NCBI GenBank assembly: GCA_008632985.1
Contig: QPGO01000030.1
Location: 1-63,814 of the forward strand
Origin: Psammoneis japonica
Taxonomy: Eukaryota
DNA: 63,814 bases
Reading direction: 5' to 3'
The translations under genes were made by a program, and so were the position numbers. This document shows, piece after piece, positions 1-11,914 of the stretch (the first letter of the stretch is position 1; every line of letters starts with the position of its first letter). A model generated the notes under the pieces. That model ran no database searches. It had not been told where the DNA came from and saw only the letters and a program-made list of their open reading frames with translations.

Positions 1-702
1 TTGTGACGATGGCAACTACCAGAAATCTGGAGGGACTGCGCCATGCGTGGGGCCGAGCTCATTATCCGGCCTCAAGGATGTAAGTACCTCACTGCGATAT
101 ATTTGGGCGTTTTGATGATAGAGTTTGTGCCACGAGAATGAATTTTTATGTCTGGATCTAACCAGGTAAATCTCTGTTGCTATCGAACTATAAAAGATAT
201 GTACCCTGCTAAAGAGCAGCAAGTTTTGGTGAGCAAAACCATGGCGTGGTGCAACAATGTCTACGTAGCCGTGGCAAATGCAGCTGGTTGGGATGGTGTC
301 TACACGTACTTTGGTCACTCAGCCATTATTGGCTGCGATGGCCGCACCTTGGGTGAATGTGGAACCGAAGTCAATGGCGTGCAATATGCACAATTGTCTA
401 TTCCGGGGATTCGAGATGGACGTGCCAACGATCAGTCTCAAAACCAGCTCTTCAAACTCCTCCATCGGGGTTACACCGGCGTTTATGCCAATGGTGATGG
501 TGTCAAAGGAGAGGCCGAGTGTCCTTTCGAGTTCTACAACACTTGGGTTAAGAATCCTTTGGAAGCCCAGTTGATGGCCGAACGCGTCACTCGGTCCACC
601 ATTGGCATTGCGTGTTGCCCCGTTGCCGGCATCCCTGCCCCGGAGGAAGAAGAACAGGAAAAAGATTTGGCAGAGCTGACTCATGAGTTGAACCTGACGT
701 AG
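1..702 (+). CDS. amiE: Aliphatic amidase (nitrilase superfamily, AmiE type), 3' part; exons <1-79 and 197-702
   Basis: Translation CDDGNY(P)[28 protein letters not shown]...[30 protein letters not shown]...[15 protein letters not shown] matches the bacterial AmiE C-terminal half including the catalytic Cys motif. A GT-AG intron at 80-196 restores GYMYP. One base is missing near 20 (tac-ca-gaa). Confidence 0.9.
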
Positions 703-805
703 GATGGTGGACCTTATTCGAACTCCCCTCTATGTATTATTCTTTGGACTACGTTATGCTTTCGCTATTTGAAACCCGATCGTCACGCAGTACTTAAGAA
801 AAGAA

Positions 806-3800
806 CTAGTACATGTCTCCAAGTGACTGGGAAACGTACCCATTGTAGTCCAGGCGAATGCACAGATTCTGTCTGTGCGAATGGTACCCATCATCTGCAC
901 CAGACTGTAGCTCATTCATAAAAGCCGCAAGATGTTCTGTGAACACTTTGTCAAACTTGGAAACCATTCGCTCATACGACCCATTTGAGAGTTCTAGGTT
1001 GACCCTCGCTGTCTGCTTTCTAATCCGATTCTCCCTCTCCTCTTTTGTTGCAGCGAGCAACTGTCGCATTGCATTTCGCGATGCCTTCGGACGACTAGGG
1101 TCGTTGAGATTTCGTTGGAGCACATGACGCTTTGCTTTGGCAACATCATAGTTTTCATCAGACTGATACGTATAGAATGGGGACAACAATTGGATGAGTT
1201 GCAGTTCGAGAACACAAAGGAATATGCAACCGAAACAATTTACGGAGCACATTCATCGCTTGCGATGGAACTCACAATCTTTGTTTCCTCCAGAAACAGC
1301 TGAAGTTGCTCGGAAAAAGCCAAACACGTATTCATTAGCCGGGTCAACGTTCGTATAAGGTCTCGATTGGTAAGTAGGCACTCGTTCTGAGTCTTTTTCA
1401 GGAATTCGTTGTGGGCTTTGCGAATATCACCCACTGTTTGCTGGGCATTTTTCGAACTCGAGCCCCCCTCCTCGCTTTTGCCGTCGCTGTTTCGGTGGAT
1501 GGCAGTTCCCAGTTCTGTCCAGTTCGGCTCAATGACCTCAAACATGATGTAATAGATAAGGTTTTGCATAAAGTGAATCATGCGTTGCCTCAAACAATAG
1601 GTAGGCCCAAAGGCTTTGCGTAGGGATTGGAGTTCCTTCATCATTTGGTGATCCATCCATACACCCACTAACCGACGCTCAACGTGTTTGGCAAAGAATA
1701 AATGCCGGAACAAGAGTTGATAGCTTCCAAGAGCTTGTTTGGAAATGATCAAGTTGGTCGGGAATGGAACATCTCCAAAATCAAGCATGAACGCTTCCAT
1801 CCCAGTAATTCCGTCGTGGACAGCTCCGTAAGCATTTCGAGACGGAGTAATTGGCTCATGGCTTTGAATTCCGCCAAGTGTCGCATGTATATCGTTGAGG
1901 CGATCCTCGAGACTCTCTGGTGCAAACCTGCAGCGAAGATCATCACCCGTCAACGGGCATCCGAACAATGGCTTCTTCAAACTGATGTAGGTTCCCGGTG
2001 CGAGGGGCTTTCCCGATGTTTCTTCTCCCTGACCCTCGTTAAGCTGAACACACATGCTCAGCCAGTGCTGAACCTGACCCCTTGACACGTATTTCAGTTC
2101 CTTGAGAAGCTCCGTTTCTGCAAAATCAAGGAAATGGATAAAGAAGTCTCCCTGATCAAACAGAAAGAATCGTTTGATGGTTGACAAAGTTTGCGTTAAG
2201 CTAAAGTCTTGTAGAATCAGCTGAACGAGACATTTCGATGCGCACTGGTGCTTTCGATCGATGTGAGACGAAATCGAAACTTGGTCCATACCATAGTGCA
2301 AGATCGAAGCGCCACTTTCTTGGTCGGTCGCCGCAAACGACAGCGAAGAAGTGTCCTCCAGAATCAAAGCATCGTCCTCGTCGTCTTCACCAGCCCTATT
2401 AGTTCTTCGACAATAGCGAGCTGCATTCCAACATTTGCCCGTTTCTAGCAGTTTTTGTTTAATCAATGATGTTGAAAGCAGTCCCTCGAGAACGTTCTCG
2501 TCTCGAATCCGATAGAGATCATCCCAGTCGTCTCCGTCGTATTCACCCCCAGATGTATTCCTACTCCCTGTTTTCATGGAAGATTCGACCATAAACTCTC
2601 CATATGGGTCCTGCAAGAGACCCTTCTCAAGCCACCCAGACAAAATGTTCATGTATGGCACGGAGCTCCTCTCCAACAAGAATTCTAAGACACGACGACC
2701 CTTGTCGTCACCTGCAAAGTGACTTGTCATTAGTAGTCGGAGCTCGTTGAGTAATGCTCCTCCCTTGAGAGAACGAGTCGCAGCAACCACCTTCTCCAAT
2801 ATATGCATGGTTGCCATGCTCTCCTTGACGTTCGCGTACAAGCTACTCATGGAAAAATTGACTGCGCGTTCGGATCTCATGCATTGTCGATACGAGTGCT
2901 CCAGGCCCGACACGAACTCCAGGTATTCCTGCAACAAGCAATCGAGACCTTCGCACAAGGCCTGCATGACGGATCCATACTCGTAGCCGGGAAGGCGGGA
3001 AGAGACAAATGCCTGAACTCGGACATAGGATGATGACAGCGAAAGGATACGTTCCACCAAGTTACGAAGGCTCGTGTCGATAGCGACCAGCTCTTGGTCG
3101 CAAAGCCAGAATTCCATACCATCTGCTGTGATGCGTCCGTCGCGTTGCTGAATAGGTCTAACCTTTACATGATGGCCCTCCAAACCCAACATGGATCCAA
3201 TGGCCTCATCAAGGAGTAACATCTCCTGCTCTTGTACCGTGCGAGCATTCGCTGTTCCTTGTACTTCCGCATTTACAGTAGACGTCGAACCTTCAAAGAA
3301 TCCTGTCCTTTCTCGACCGCTGAACAGCCGATCTTCGACGTTTGCATTCGGTTCGTTTCGCTGGGGATAGAGCAAATACGATCCATCTAGATAGAATCGT
3401 CGACTGCTTCTAGACAATACCCATTGCGGACAAGATGGAACACTGGTATGCATGAATTGAAACATTTCACTCTGTCGAGGAATGATACGTGAGTGATGCT
3501 GTAGCCGATTCAAAAGACTCGTGTCGTCATTAGGGCTTGAACGCCGTGATCCAGAAGAGCTGTAAGAATGCGTCACGATAGTTAATTCGTCCTTCCGAGA
3601 CGAAAGCAGTCCTCCCGTTGCATTGTTTCGAAGCAAAATGCAATCCGCAGATCGAACAGCGGCTTTGAGTTCCATTGTTCTCTTGCTGTGCTTTCCAGAA
3701 AGAGCCTGACTCCCCACAACCACGGCTCTCTTGTCACTTGGCATGGATGGAGATCCACCCCAGAGGATCGTCCATTGTTCCGCTTGCCCCAATGTAGACC

Positions 3801-5178
3801 GATAGAAACCCACTTCATAGACGGTATCTTGCCGTGTGCTATTTGTTGTTTTCGCAAGGCCGAGAGCCCGATTGCCAGCCAGAGGAGAACACAGAGCAAC
3901 CGCATCACCGTAACGAATCGCCTGGTCACCAGTTGATCTAGACAGGGAACACTTTACGATACGAAACGACGCTTGCTCTTGCCCTTGTCCAGCGTTGACG
4001 GTGGTGGCACGTTGCGAAATGTCCAGTTCCTGTTGGGGCCCTCCAATGCAAGCCACCGCCATGACGGGATTGGAGTCGGAGCATGTCACCACAGATGCTA
4101 TGGAGCCATTCATGATACAGGTCGAGTCCAGCACTTCATTCGCCACTGCCAAGGGCAATTCCATGTCGTTCTTGGACAAGGCATCTTGCTGTGCACCCCT
4201 GGTATCTTCGGCGCAGACTCCTTTTCGGGGTACCGGTGACTTTGAGCGAGCCACTGATCTTTTTGAATCAATGCTACTCCTAATCATGGCGTCTCTGGTC
4301 CGAGGGGGTGATTTTGGATCGCGTGATGGAGACGCGTCTTTTGATTGATTTCTTGCCGGTGACAAGGGCTTGCTTCGGGATGCGGACGAAGGCCTTGTTT
4401 GTACGCTTGGGGCTGACCTAAAGGAACCAGGGAGATTTTCCTTGCTCGGATCTTGTACATCGTGTCCTCTCTTGAATTGTGACGGTGGTGATTTTAAATC
4501 CGCGCTATCGACCGTCTTGGTTGGGGTAGCATAGTCCGCTCTTTTTGCCTGGAACGGTGATAAGATCTCACTCGGTAAGCCGGCTCTTTGGTGGGCTGAA
4601 CCCTGGCCTGCGCGTGACACTGTAGAAGGAGGCGTTGCCTTCAAAGTAGTGGATAGCGGCACTGTAGACGTGCTAGTGTTCATTCTGTTTGTTGTCGCGG
4701 CTGGCTGCTTCTCGGCGTCGGTAGCATCAGAAATTGTATGTTGTGGCTTTGCCGTTCTTTGTTGCGTTTGTGTGACGGAACTTATCGACTGTAAGGAAGG
4801 CATGTAAGTAGAAGTCTGCCGAGTATCAGTCCTGTGATCTCGTTGAGAAGCAGGAATTGATTTCGATGCTGAAGACTCTGTTGCTAAGGGACGTGTGGCG
4901 CGCAGCGACTCCTTATTATTTGAATATTGCATCGTTTCAGCAGAAGCTTCTGCAGAACCAACTGGTTTTGTACCTGCTGAGGAGGAAGCCCTCGACGCAG
5001 TAGACGACACCAAATCCAATGGCTGAGTTCTTGATCGAGCAATACGTTCTTGAGCTTCTCCCCGAGCAGTGTTTGGATGTGTGCTTCGCGACGCACCGCT
5101 CGTCATTGTCCCCCGCAATTTCAGCCTCATCAAGGCGGCACGGGTAGCGCCATCCGTGCCTTTTGTAGAAGGATCCAT
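806..5178 (-). CDS. TUBGCP2: Gamma-tubulin complex component 2 (Spc97/Spc98 family) with long N-terminal extension; intron 1163-1275
   Basis: GRIP-type motifs: QEQEMLLLDEAIGSMLGLEG, SLRNLVERIL, YEYGSVMQAL, PYMNILSGWLEKGLLQDPYGEFMV, KRFFLFDQGDFFIHFLD, YQLLFRHLFFAKHVER, EVIEPNW, C-terminal LCIRLDYNGY. A phase-0 GT..AG intron joins the two ORFs. Confidence 0.88.
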
Positions 5179-5802
5179 AATTTGATTCGTAGTGTTGATT
5201 CAGCTGAAAAGATAAGGGGTGCATCGGTCAGAGAACACAAGAATCCGCTGCAAACAAGAACAACAACTTCGCAGCGGTAGCTTCGGATACTGTAAATGGA
5301 GCAAAGTTTGTCGGTTGTCAGAAGAGCACAAAACATGTGACGAGGGCTGCGCGTGATGAAATGGCGCGTTGTGGGGTCACGTAGAAACTGTACTGCAACG
5401 TGCGTAGCGATGATCATGAGTGGATCTTAGCTAAAATCCTTCTCGATCCAACACACTCGTCCGGTAGTAGCACATACCGTAGGTAACTCGAGCTCATTTT
5501 AGGTGGCGGCCTTCGCGATGAAGCCATCTCCCGATAGCTTATATGAACAAGCTACCGTGACACATACGACAGTCCTGATGAAGCACTTTATGGTAGATAG
5601 TAGAAGTACAGACATCCTGAGTTTTGGCAACTCGCGGCTGGGTTAACATGCTGCAGAGAAACCCCGCTATATGTAAACGCTCAGCCGAACTTGGGGAAAA
5701 AATACGGAGAATTGAACGCTACCGTAGTTTTACACTAGTCCAATATGCCAGAGGGTAAAATATTTTCTGTCTTCCTCCACCTCCATCACACCCACACAGT
5801 GT

Positions 5803-7806
5803 TTAGACCAATGTCTGTTTCTCAAATAAAGTCAACTGAACACTGGCAAGAAATGCTGGTAGACTGTTGAACTTTGTCATGTAGGCATACGAATCCGTCG
5901 TGGCAAGCTCTTTGGCTTGGTCTGTTGCCACTAAATCAAGACACGTGGGAGCGCCATCCTCGGTACTCTTGGGCCAAACAAACATCAAGTGGTCTGTTTC
6001 CCGTTCCGCGTACATGGACCGCACACGAAAGGTTGGACGATTGTCTGGACGCTGGATCATGTCAACCTTGTAACCCGTCATGAGATAAACCCCCTCTCGA
6101 AACAGTCCAATCTGTTCCTTAAAAGATTCCTTGAGTCGCTTGTGCAGCTTCTGTGGATCCACCTCTGGCGTTGTTGATTTTGTCGTCGACGGCTTGGTGG
6201 ATGACGAACCACCCCCTTCTTGCAACTGCTTCTTGAGAGCATTGATCTCTTGTTCGTACTTTTGTTTGATGGCATCCGTCAAGGGGTTCTGCTTCAAATG
6301 CAGCGCACGGCTGTTTTCTGGATTGAAGTGGCCTTGTCCCGTTAGCGCTTCTGCTTTGGATGCTCGTCCCTCTGCTTGCTCCGCCTTTTCCTTTTCCTTC
6401 ATTAAGGCTGCCTTGAGTTTCTTGAACTTTTCCGTGACGCGTTCTTTTTCCGATTTTTGTTCCTGCATCCGAGCTTGTAGTGACTTGATCTCTTCCGACA
6501 TACGCGTGCGCTCTTCGGACAAGAGGCGAATCTCATCGTGAGCAGTGGAAAGACTCACGTCTTTTTCTTGGCTTGCCGACAATGGTTTCTTGGGCGGAGT
6601 GATGGCTTCGGCATCGTAAGTCTTCATAAGGGATCTCAAGCTCTCTGACTCGCGCTTCCAAATTCCTTCTTGTGCACGCATTGTGGCAATTTCATGATGT
6701 GACTGCTTGAGACGATTTTCAAGGCTTTGGATTTGCTCCCTTGATTTATCCTGCTCGCTCTTGCTACGTGCGGCTTGTTGCTCCGTGGACGAGATGCGAT
6801 TCTTGTAGCCCTGAATCTCATTCTGTAACATACCCTTTTCCTGCTGTAATCCCTTGATTTCACTTCGTTGGTTCTCAAGAAGGCGAATGACGGTAGCGGT
6901 CTCGGGTGGTAGGCCAGCATGGTCCGCAGTAGACAAGCCCCCAATACTCACAGCCTTGCTCTTGTTCGTCACTCCAAGTGCATGGTTGAGGTTCTTCCCG
7001 AATTCATTCCAACTACGGTTTTCGGCATGCAACGCCTCCAACTCTTTTGTCTCATTTCTCAACTCCGTCTCTAGTTGAGTGATTCGCGTCGCCGAAGCTC
7101 TTGCTACTTCCTGTTGCTGCGCATAGCGAGTTGACTTTTCCTTCCAATCTTCCGACTTGCGCACCAGCTGTCTGTACTTGCGCTCTGATTCTGCCAAGGC
7201 AAGTCTCGTCTTGTTCAACTCCTTCATGACTGTAGTGGGAGCAAGCGATCCCATATGTGAGGGTTCTGCAAACAAATTCTCATTCGTAGAATCATTTTCC
7301 TCGTCTTCCTGCAGCTGCTCAAACTCCGACAGCTTCTGCGTCAGTGACTCGATTTCCTCCGTCATGGCTTCAATCTTTTCTTCGTACATTTGCTCTTTTT
7401 CTCTCGCCATATCCATCTCCAAATCAATTCCTTCGTTTTCCATGGAATCCATCATTTGCTCTTGAGTCTCCCGAAGCTGACGCAAGGCATCGTTGCGAGA
7501 CTCACGGAGTTGATCCATGTGAGCCTCGCTCCTGCGCTGTGTTTCTTCCAGAACAGCCTTGGTTTCCTTGGCGTCATCAGTGGCGACTTGTAAATGTTGC
7601 TCGAGACGACTTTTGGTTTGTTGAAAACGACGGGCCTCCAAGGCTCGCAACGAGCGCTCGTGTTCCAACTCGGCGCGAACGGCCTCGAGCTCCATGCGAG
7701 CCGCGTCGGCAAACGGCGAAGCACTTCGCAGTGCTGGAGGAGGTCGATGGGACGACGTTTCAGCTACGGCAAGCGTGTCACTTAAGGGGCGCTTTCTAGA
7801 AGACAT
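5803..7806 (-). CDS. MAD1: Mitotic spindle assembly checkpoint protein MAD1
   Basis: Long coiled coil followed by RALHLKQNP (Mad2-binding-like segment), KRLKESF, FREGVYLMTGYKVD, FRVRSMYAE and SLPAFLASVQLTLFEKQT, typical of the MAD1 C-terminus. Confidence 0.9.
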   Translation of the reverse strand: MSSRKRPLSDTLAVAETSSHRPPPALRSASPFADAARMELEAVRAELEHERSLRALEARRFQQTKSRLEQHLQVATDDAKETKAVLEETQRRSEAHMDQLRESRNDALRQLRETQEQMMDSMENEGIDLEMDMAREKEQMYEEKIEAMTEEIESLTQKLSEFEQLQEDEENDSTNENLFAEPSHMGSLAPTTVMKELNKTRLALAESERKYRQLVRKSEDWKEKSTRYAQQQEVARASATRITQLETELRNETKELEALHAENRSWNEFGKNLNHALGVTNKSKAVSIGGLSTADHAGLPPETATVIRLLENQRSEIKGLQQEKGMLQNEIQGYKNRISSTEQQAARSKSEQDKSREQIQSLENRLKQSHHEIATMRAQEGIWKRESESLRSLMKTYDAEAITPPKKPLSASQEKDVSLSTAHDEIRLLSEERTRMSEEIKSLQARMQEQKSEKERVTEKFKKLKAALMKEKEKAEQAEGRASKAEALTGQGHFNPENSRALHLKQNPLTDAIKQKYEQEINALKKQLQEGGGSSSTKPSTTKSTTPEVDPQKLHKRLKESFKEQIGLFREGVYLMTGYKVDMIQRPDNRPTFRVRSMYAERETDHLMFVWPKSTEDGAPTCLDLVATDQAKELATTDSYAYMTKFNSLPAFLASVQLTLFEKQTLV

Positions 7807-8073
7807 GGTCAGCGGAGGGTGGCTTGATGACGAAAAACGACGGCCGCCACTGCAACATCATGGCGATGCTGATGCCGTTCGATGGACTGAATGACGGACA
7901 GACGCTAAGTGCGTGCAAAGGATCGGATTAGGACGGACAGGAACGAAACCCTACCAATTCATACTTCTAAAACAAAAAGGCGCCTTTTTCTGGCCTTGTT
8001 GGTTCATCCAATATGATGTCAGCAGCCCTGCAAGCATTACTGTAACCAGTATTTGGCTTGAAAACAGTATCCA

Positions 8074-9528
8074 TTACATATTCTTCTCTTTTTCGTAGAC
8101 CAGAAACATGGGAAATGCTCGAAGACCTCCTTCTTTAATGACAGTGCCTCCACAAATGTTGGCCGCCTCGTGGAACTTGCCATTGCCCCGAGCTCCAGAC
8201 TCACCGTAGGCACTATCATATGTAATGAAAGACACTTCGCTTTCATGGAGCGCCATCCAATCTATTACGCTGGGTGCTAAGCTTTCTTGACCGAACTTTC
8301 GGTTCATCGCGGCGCCGCTGTGCGTGCCTTTGAAATTCTCCTTCACTTCTTCTTCTCCGAGTCCTTTCGTCTCCACATGAAGAGCATGGGAAAACACATT
8401 GTCAAATTCCTTCATCACGTGCTCGGCCGTTTCCATATCATCGGAAATCAACCACCACTTCTTAACGTCACGGTGGTTCTCCTTTTTGGATTTAAAGCAT
8501 TTCTTCAATCCTTCGACAATCTGTTCTTTGGTAACTCCCATTTTGTAAACATCTCTGTTCAAAATGTTCATTCGCAGGTGAATAGCCCCATAAGGCGGTA
8601 ACGCTTCATTCTTGACTGTATCCATATCCAAAATTTCTTTTTCGTGCAAAACAAGGGCGCGACGTTCTCGATACAATTCGTGGGCCAGACTGGTGGGAAC
8701 AAACATTAAATTCTGCAAATAAGAAATCATTCGCAAGGACGGGCAAGGGCTTTCTCGACCAATGAACAATTCCCATGATTTTGATAGTGTTAAGCATGAG
8801 TCTCCAAAGTTAGGCGACACGAGAGTCTTGTTTGTGTTGTTGCTCCCGTCCCACATATTCAGGTGTCGTTGCAGCGACTTAGCACTCGTTGATTCGTTAC
8901 CCCAAACCATGGGCAACACGTCTTCGTAATCTGGTAGATCTGCAACATCTTCCCATCCCTGACCTTGTTGTAAGCCCGATTTCATTTGATGCAAAGCATG
9001 GCTAATATTGGCGCCCGATTGAGCCAAAACAACCTGAGCACCCGTCTCCCAGTCATAAGGTCCAGCTTTGATAAAGGCGCGCAAATTAAGGTACCTGTCA
9101 CGAGCCAGGTCAATAACACAAGGTCGATGCAACACGGTCGCCATTAAACAATTCCTGACACCTTGGCTTATAATGCGACCGAACCCTTGACCAAACATGA
9201 AGGAATATTGAAACATGGGCGCAGCGACATGCGGACAAGAACTCCTTGGGTTTTCTCCTTGAAATCGACCTTCGCTTTGTTGTAGCCAACAGTCGAACGT
9301 CTCCATTATTTCTTGCAGTCTTTGTGTACACACGTGCTGTGTCTTGTTGTGCGTTTTGTTAACAGGGAGCACGGATGGATCTGATGACACGAGAAGCGGC
9401 GCGTCTTGAGTTGGACATGGATTCGTCTCGATTGCAGCTTGACGAAGCAACCAGAACACATTGAATGCAGCAAAACCACACACCAACAATCCGACACACG
9501 AGATAAGGAACAAAAGATCTTTCTTCAT
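8074..9528 (-). CDS. Type II membrane fucosyltransferase-like glycosyltransferase (paralog A)
   Basis: N-terminal TM helix, GQGFG, and motifs YGAIHLR / WWLISDD / IDWMALHES..ITYDSAYG resembling motifs I-III of the alpha1,2/alpha1,6/O-fucosyltransferase superfamily. Confidence 0.6.
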   Translation of the reverse strand: MKKDLLFLISCVGLLVCGFAAFNVFWLLRQAAIETNPCPTQDAPLLVSSDPSVLPVNKTHNKTQHVCTQRLQEIMETFDCWLQQSEGRFQGENPRSSCPHVAAPMFQYSFMFGQGFGRIISQGVRNCLMATVLHRPCVIDLARDRYLNLRAFIKAGPYDWETGAQVVLAQSGANISHALHQMKSGLQQGQGWEDVADLPDYEDVLPMVWGNESTSAKSLQRHLNMWDGSNNTNKTLVSPNFGDSCLTLSKSWELFIGRESPCPSLRMISYLQNLMFVPTSLAHELYRERRALVLHEKEILDMDTVKNEALPPYGAIHLRMNILNRDVYKMGVTKEQIVEGLKKCFKSKKENHRDVKKWWLISDDMETAEHVMKEFDNVFSHALHVETKGLGEEEVKENFKGTHSGAAMNRKFGQESLAPSVIDWMALHESEVSFITYDSAYGESGARGNGKFHEAANICGGTVIKEGGLRAFPMFLVYEKEKNM

Positions 9529-9684
9529 GGGGAATGAGACTTCTGTTTCGTGGGTAAGCTTCCAGTCATCGTCTCATCACAAAAAACACACACATCGCAT
9601 CATGGAATCAGTACGAGCAACGAGCAGGTTGCAGGGATCAAAACTCGCGCACGTTCAAGTCATAGCTCGTGCCCGATCTTTTTA

Positions 9685-9975
9685 GCTTAGACTCTTGTGC
9701 TGTGGTATCTACTCTAGTTTCTATCTATCTATCTACTTCTACTCTCTAGAGAGAGAGGGCCCTATTCTATCTGGCCTGCCTCCTCTACTGTAAGTATGGG
9801 TAGAGAGAGCATAACAGTAGTAGCTATCGCGTCTCTGTAGCAGAGGGCCCTCTACTACAGTAGAGTAGAGTAGCTAGAGTAGTATCTCTCTTAGAGAGAG
9901 CTCTCTAGCCAGAGAGTGTGCGGAGGTAGATAAGGCACTCGATAGTGAATATGGTGTGGCTAAGATAGACCTAGC
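9685..9975. repeat. TA/AG/CT-rich low-complexity island
   Basis: Built from ctag, tagag, ctct, agtag and gggccc words; intergenic, 5' of the 8074-9528 gene. Confidence 0.75.
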
Positions 9976-10097
9976 AAGCCGAGCAAAATCTCTCTTGCTT
10001 CTTCGAGGGATGATGCCCGTCACCAACCAACGGAGCACTCTCTCCAGCTCTCGAGAACGTGTCTGTGGAGGCTTCAACACAAGCAATGAGTTGCGGC

Positions 10098-11567
10098 CTA
10101 CCCATCCTTTAGGTAAATGTAAAACATGGGAAATGAATGACCGCCGTTTTCTTTCTGAACACGACCACCACATGTGTTTCCCTTCGTATGAATTTTGCCG
10201 TTTCCACGGGCTCCGGTTTCTCCATAGGCACTGTCGTGTGTAATTAGGGCCACTTGGCTTTCGTGAAGTGCCATCCAATCAATAATGCTTGGAGCCAAGC
10301 TTTCTTGTCCAAACTTTTTGTTCAAGGCATCGCCGCTGTGAGCGCCTTTGAATTCCTTCTTTACGACTTCCTCTGCGCGCCCTTTTGTTTTGACGGTGGA
10401 AGCAAAAGAGTGGACATTTTCCAGCTCATTTACCACGTACTTGGCTACTTCAATGTCATCGGAAATCAACCACCACTTCTTGGTGACACTAATATCCTTT
10501 AGGGACGCAAAACAATCCGCTAGTCCTTTGACAATCTGTTCCTTTGTCACTCCCATCTTGTAGACGTCCTTGTTCAAAATGTTCATGCGCAAGTGAATAG
10601 CCCCATAGGGTGGCAAGGCTTCCAACTCCCTTTTATCGTTCTTCCGCATAGTCTTTTCCTCTTGCAAGACAACAGCACGACGTTCTCGATACAACTCGTG
10701 GGCAAGTCTGGTAGGAACAAACATTAAATTCTGTAAATAGGTCAACATGTGACTTGCCGTACAGCCTCCACCAATGCGCTTGTCCCATTCCCTCGATACG
10801 GACACGTACTCTTTACCGTAGGCATACCACGCATCTCCAAAGTTGGGTGACAAGAGAGTTTTGTGCTTGTTGGACGTGCTCCGCCCATCCCAAAGATCTA
10901 AGTGCCGTTGCACCGACTTGGGATTCGGGGGGTCGGCTCCCCAAATCATGGGCAATACATCATTGTAAACTAGAGTGCCGTTGTGAGTATCCGCAAGAGT
11001 CTCCCATCCATGACTCTTTTCGAGACCATTTGGCATTTGGTAAAGAGCATCAAAGACACTCTCGCCCGATTGTGCGAGAACAACCTGGGCACCCAGCTCC
11101 CAGTCGTACGGCCCAGCCTTTATGAAAGAACGCAAATTGTGGTATTTATCACGTACCATGTCAATTGCACAAGGCCTGTGTAGCAGAGTAGCTAGTAGAC
11201 ACGTCTTGACCCCATGCCCTATAATTCGACCAAATCCTTGACCCCACATAAAGGAGTATTGATACACGGGTGAAGCCATTGCCTCCGGATCGCAGCTCGG
11301 CTCTTCACCGGGAAACCTCTTTCTTTGAAGCCAACAATCATGCTTCTCTAGCGCACTCTGCAGATGTTCTGCACAGACATGATCGTTGCTTTTTTGATTG
11401 TGTCGTTGCACCCTGAAATGTGACTTGGATTCAGGCAGAGAAAGCGGTGCCGGGCAAGGTGTGTTCTCTGTAGTTTGTTGCAACAAACGTATAACATTGA
11501 TGGCAGCGAAACTGAAGACCAAGAATCCGAGACATGATACTGAAGGATAATGGATCGTTCTTGTCAT
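10098..11567 (-). CDS. Type II membrane fucosyltransferase-like glycosyltransferase (paralog B, tandem duplicate)
   Basis: Colinear with 8074-9528 and shares YLQNLMFVPT.LAHELYRERRA, LPPYGAIHLRMNILN.DVYKMGVTKEQIV and KFGQESLAPS.IDWMALHES. Confidence 0.6.
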   Translation of the reverse strand: MTRTIHYPSVSCLGFLVFSFAAINVIRLLQQTTENTPCPAPLSLPESKSHFRVQRHNQKSNDHVCAEHLQSALEKHDCWLQRKRFPGEEPSCDPEAMASPVYQYSFMWGQGFGRIIGHGVKTCLLATLLHRPCAIDMVRDKYHNLRSFIKAGPYDWELGAQVVLAQSGESVFDALYQMPNGLEKSHGWETLADTHNGTLVYNDVLPMIWGADPPNPKSVQRHLDLWDGRSTSNKHKTLLSPNFGDAWYAYGKEYVSVSREWDKRIGGGCTASHMLTYLQNLMFVPTRLAHELYRERRAVVLQEEKTMRKNDKRELEALPPYGAIHLRMNILNKDVYKMGVTKEQIVKGLADCFASLKDISVTKKWWLISDDIEVAKYVVNELENVHSFASTVKTKGRAEEVVKKEFKGAHSGDALNKKFGQESLAPSIIDWMALHESQVALITHDSAYGETGARGNGKIHTKGNTCGGRVQKENGGHSFPMFYIYLKDG

Positions 11568-11914
11568 GAGGGTTTGCTATTATGGTTTTTTCGAATGTGA
11601 GTTGTGATGGCCATGGCGGTCCATGGTATTTCGAGTTCGCATCATGCATCATCCGTCGAGCGATGTCTGCGAAGTGCGTTTGTCGTTGACACGTCATCAT
11701 GGTTATGCATGTCTCGTCTGTCCATCCTTCTCGTCATCTGACTTCGGACTGACTCACAAAAAAAATTTGCCACCAGAGTTTGACCGATTGACCGAAGAAA
11801 GGCCAAAGGCCGCCACCATGGTTTGCAGAGAGGAAGTCGTTGCAGAGCAAAGCGAGAGTTCGTTTGTTTGTGACATCAATAAGATATAATCAGAAAAGAT
11901 ATTGCGGAAGTATC

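Noticed and set aside
806..7806. GCP2 and MAD1 adjacency as a functional mitotic cluster
   Set aside because: Two neighbours in a compact genome can be chance. No synteny data are available.
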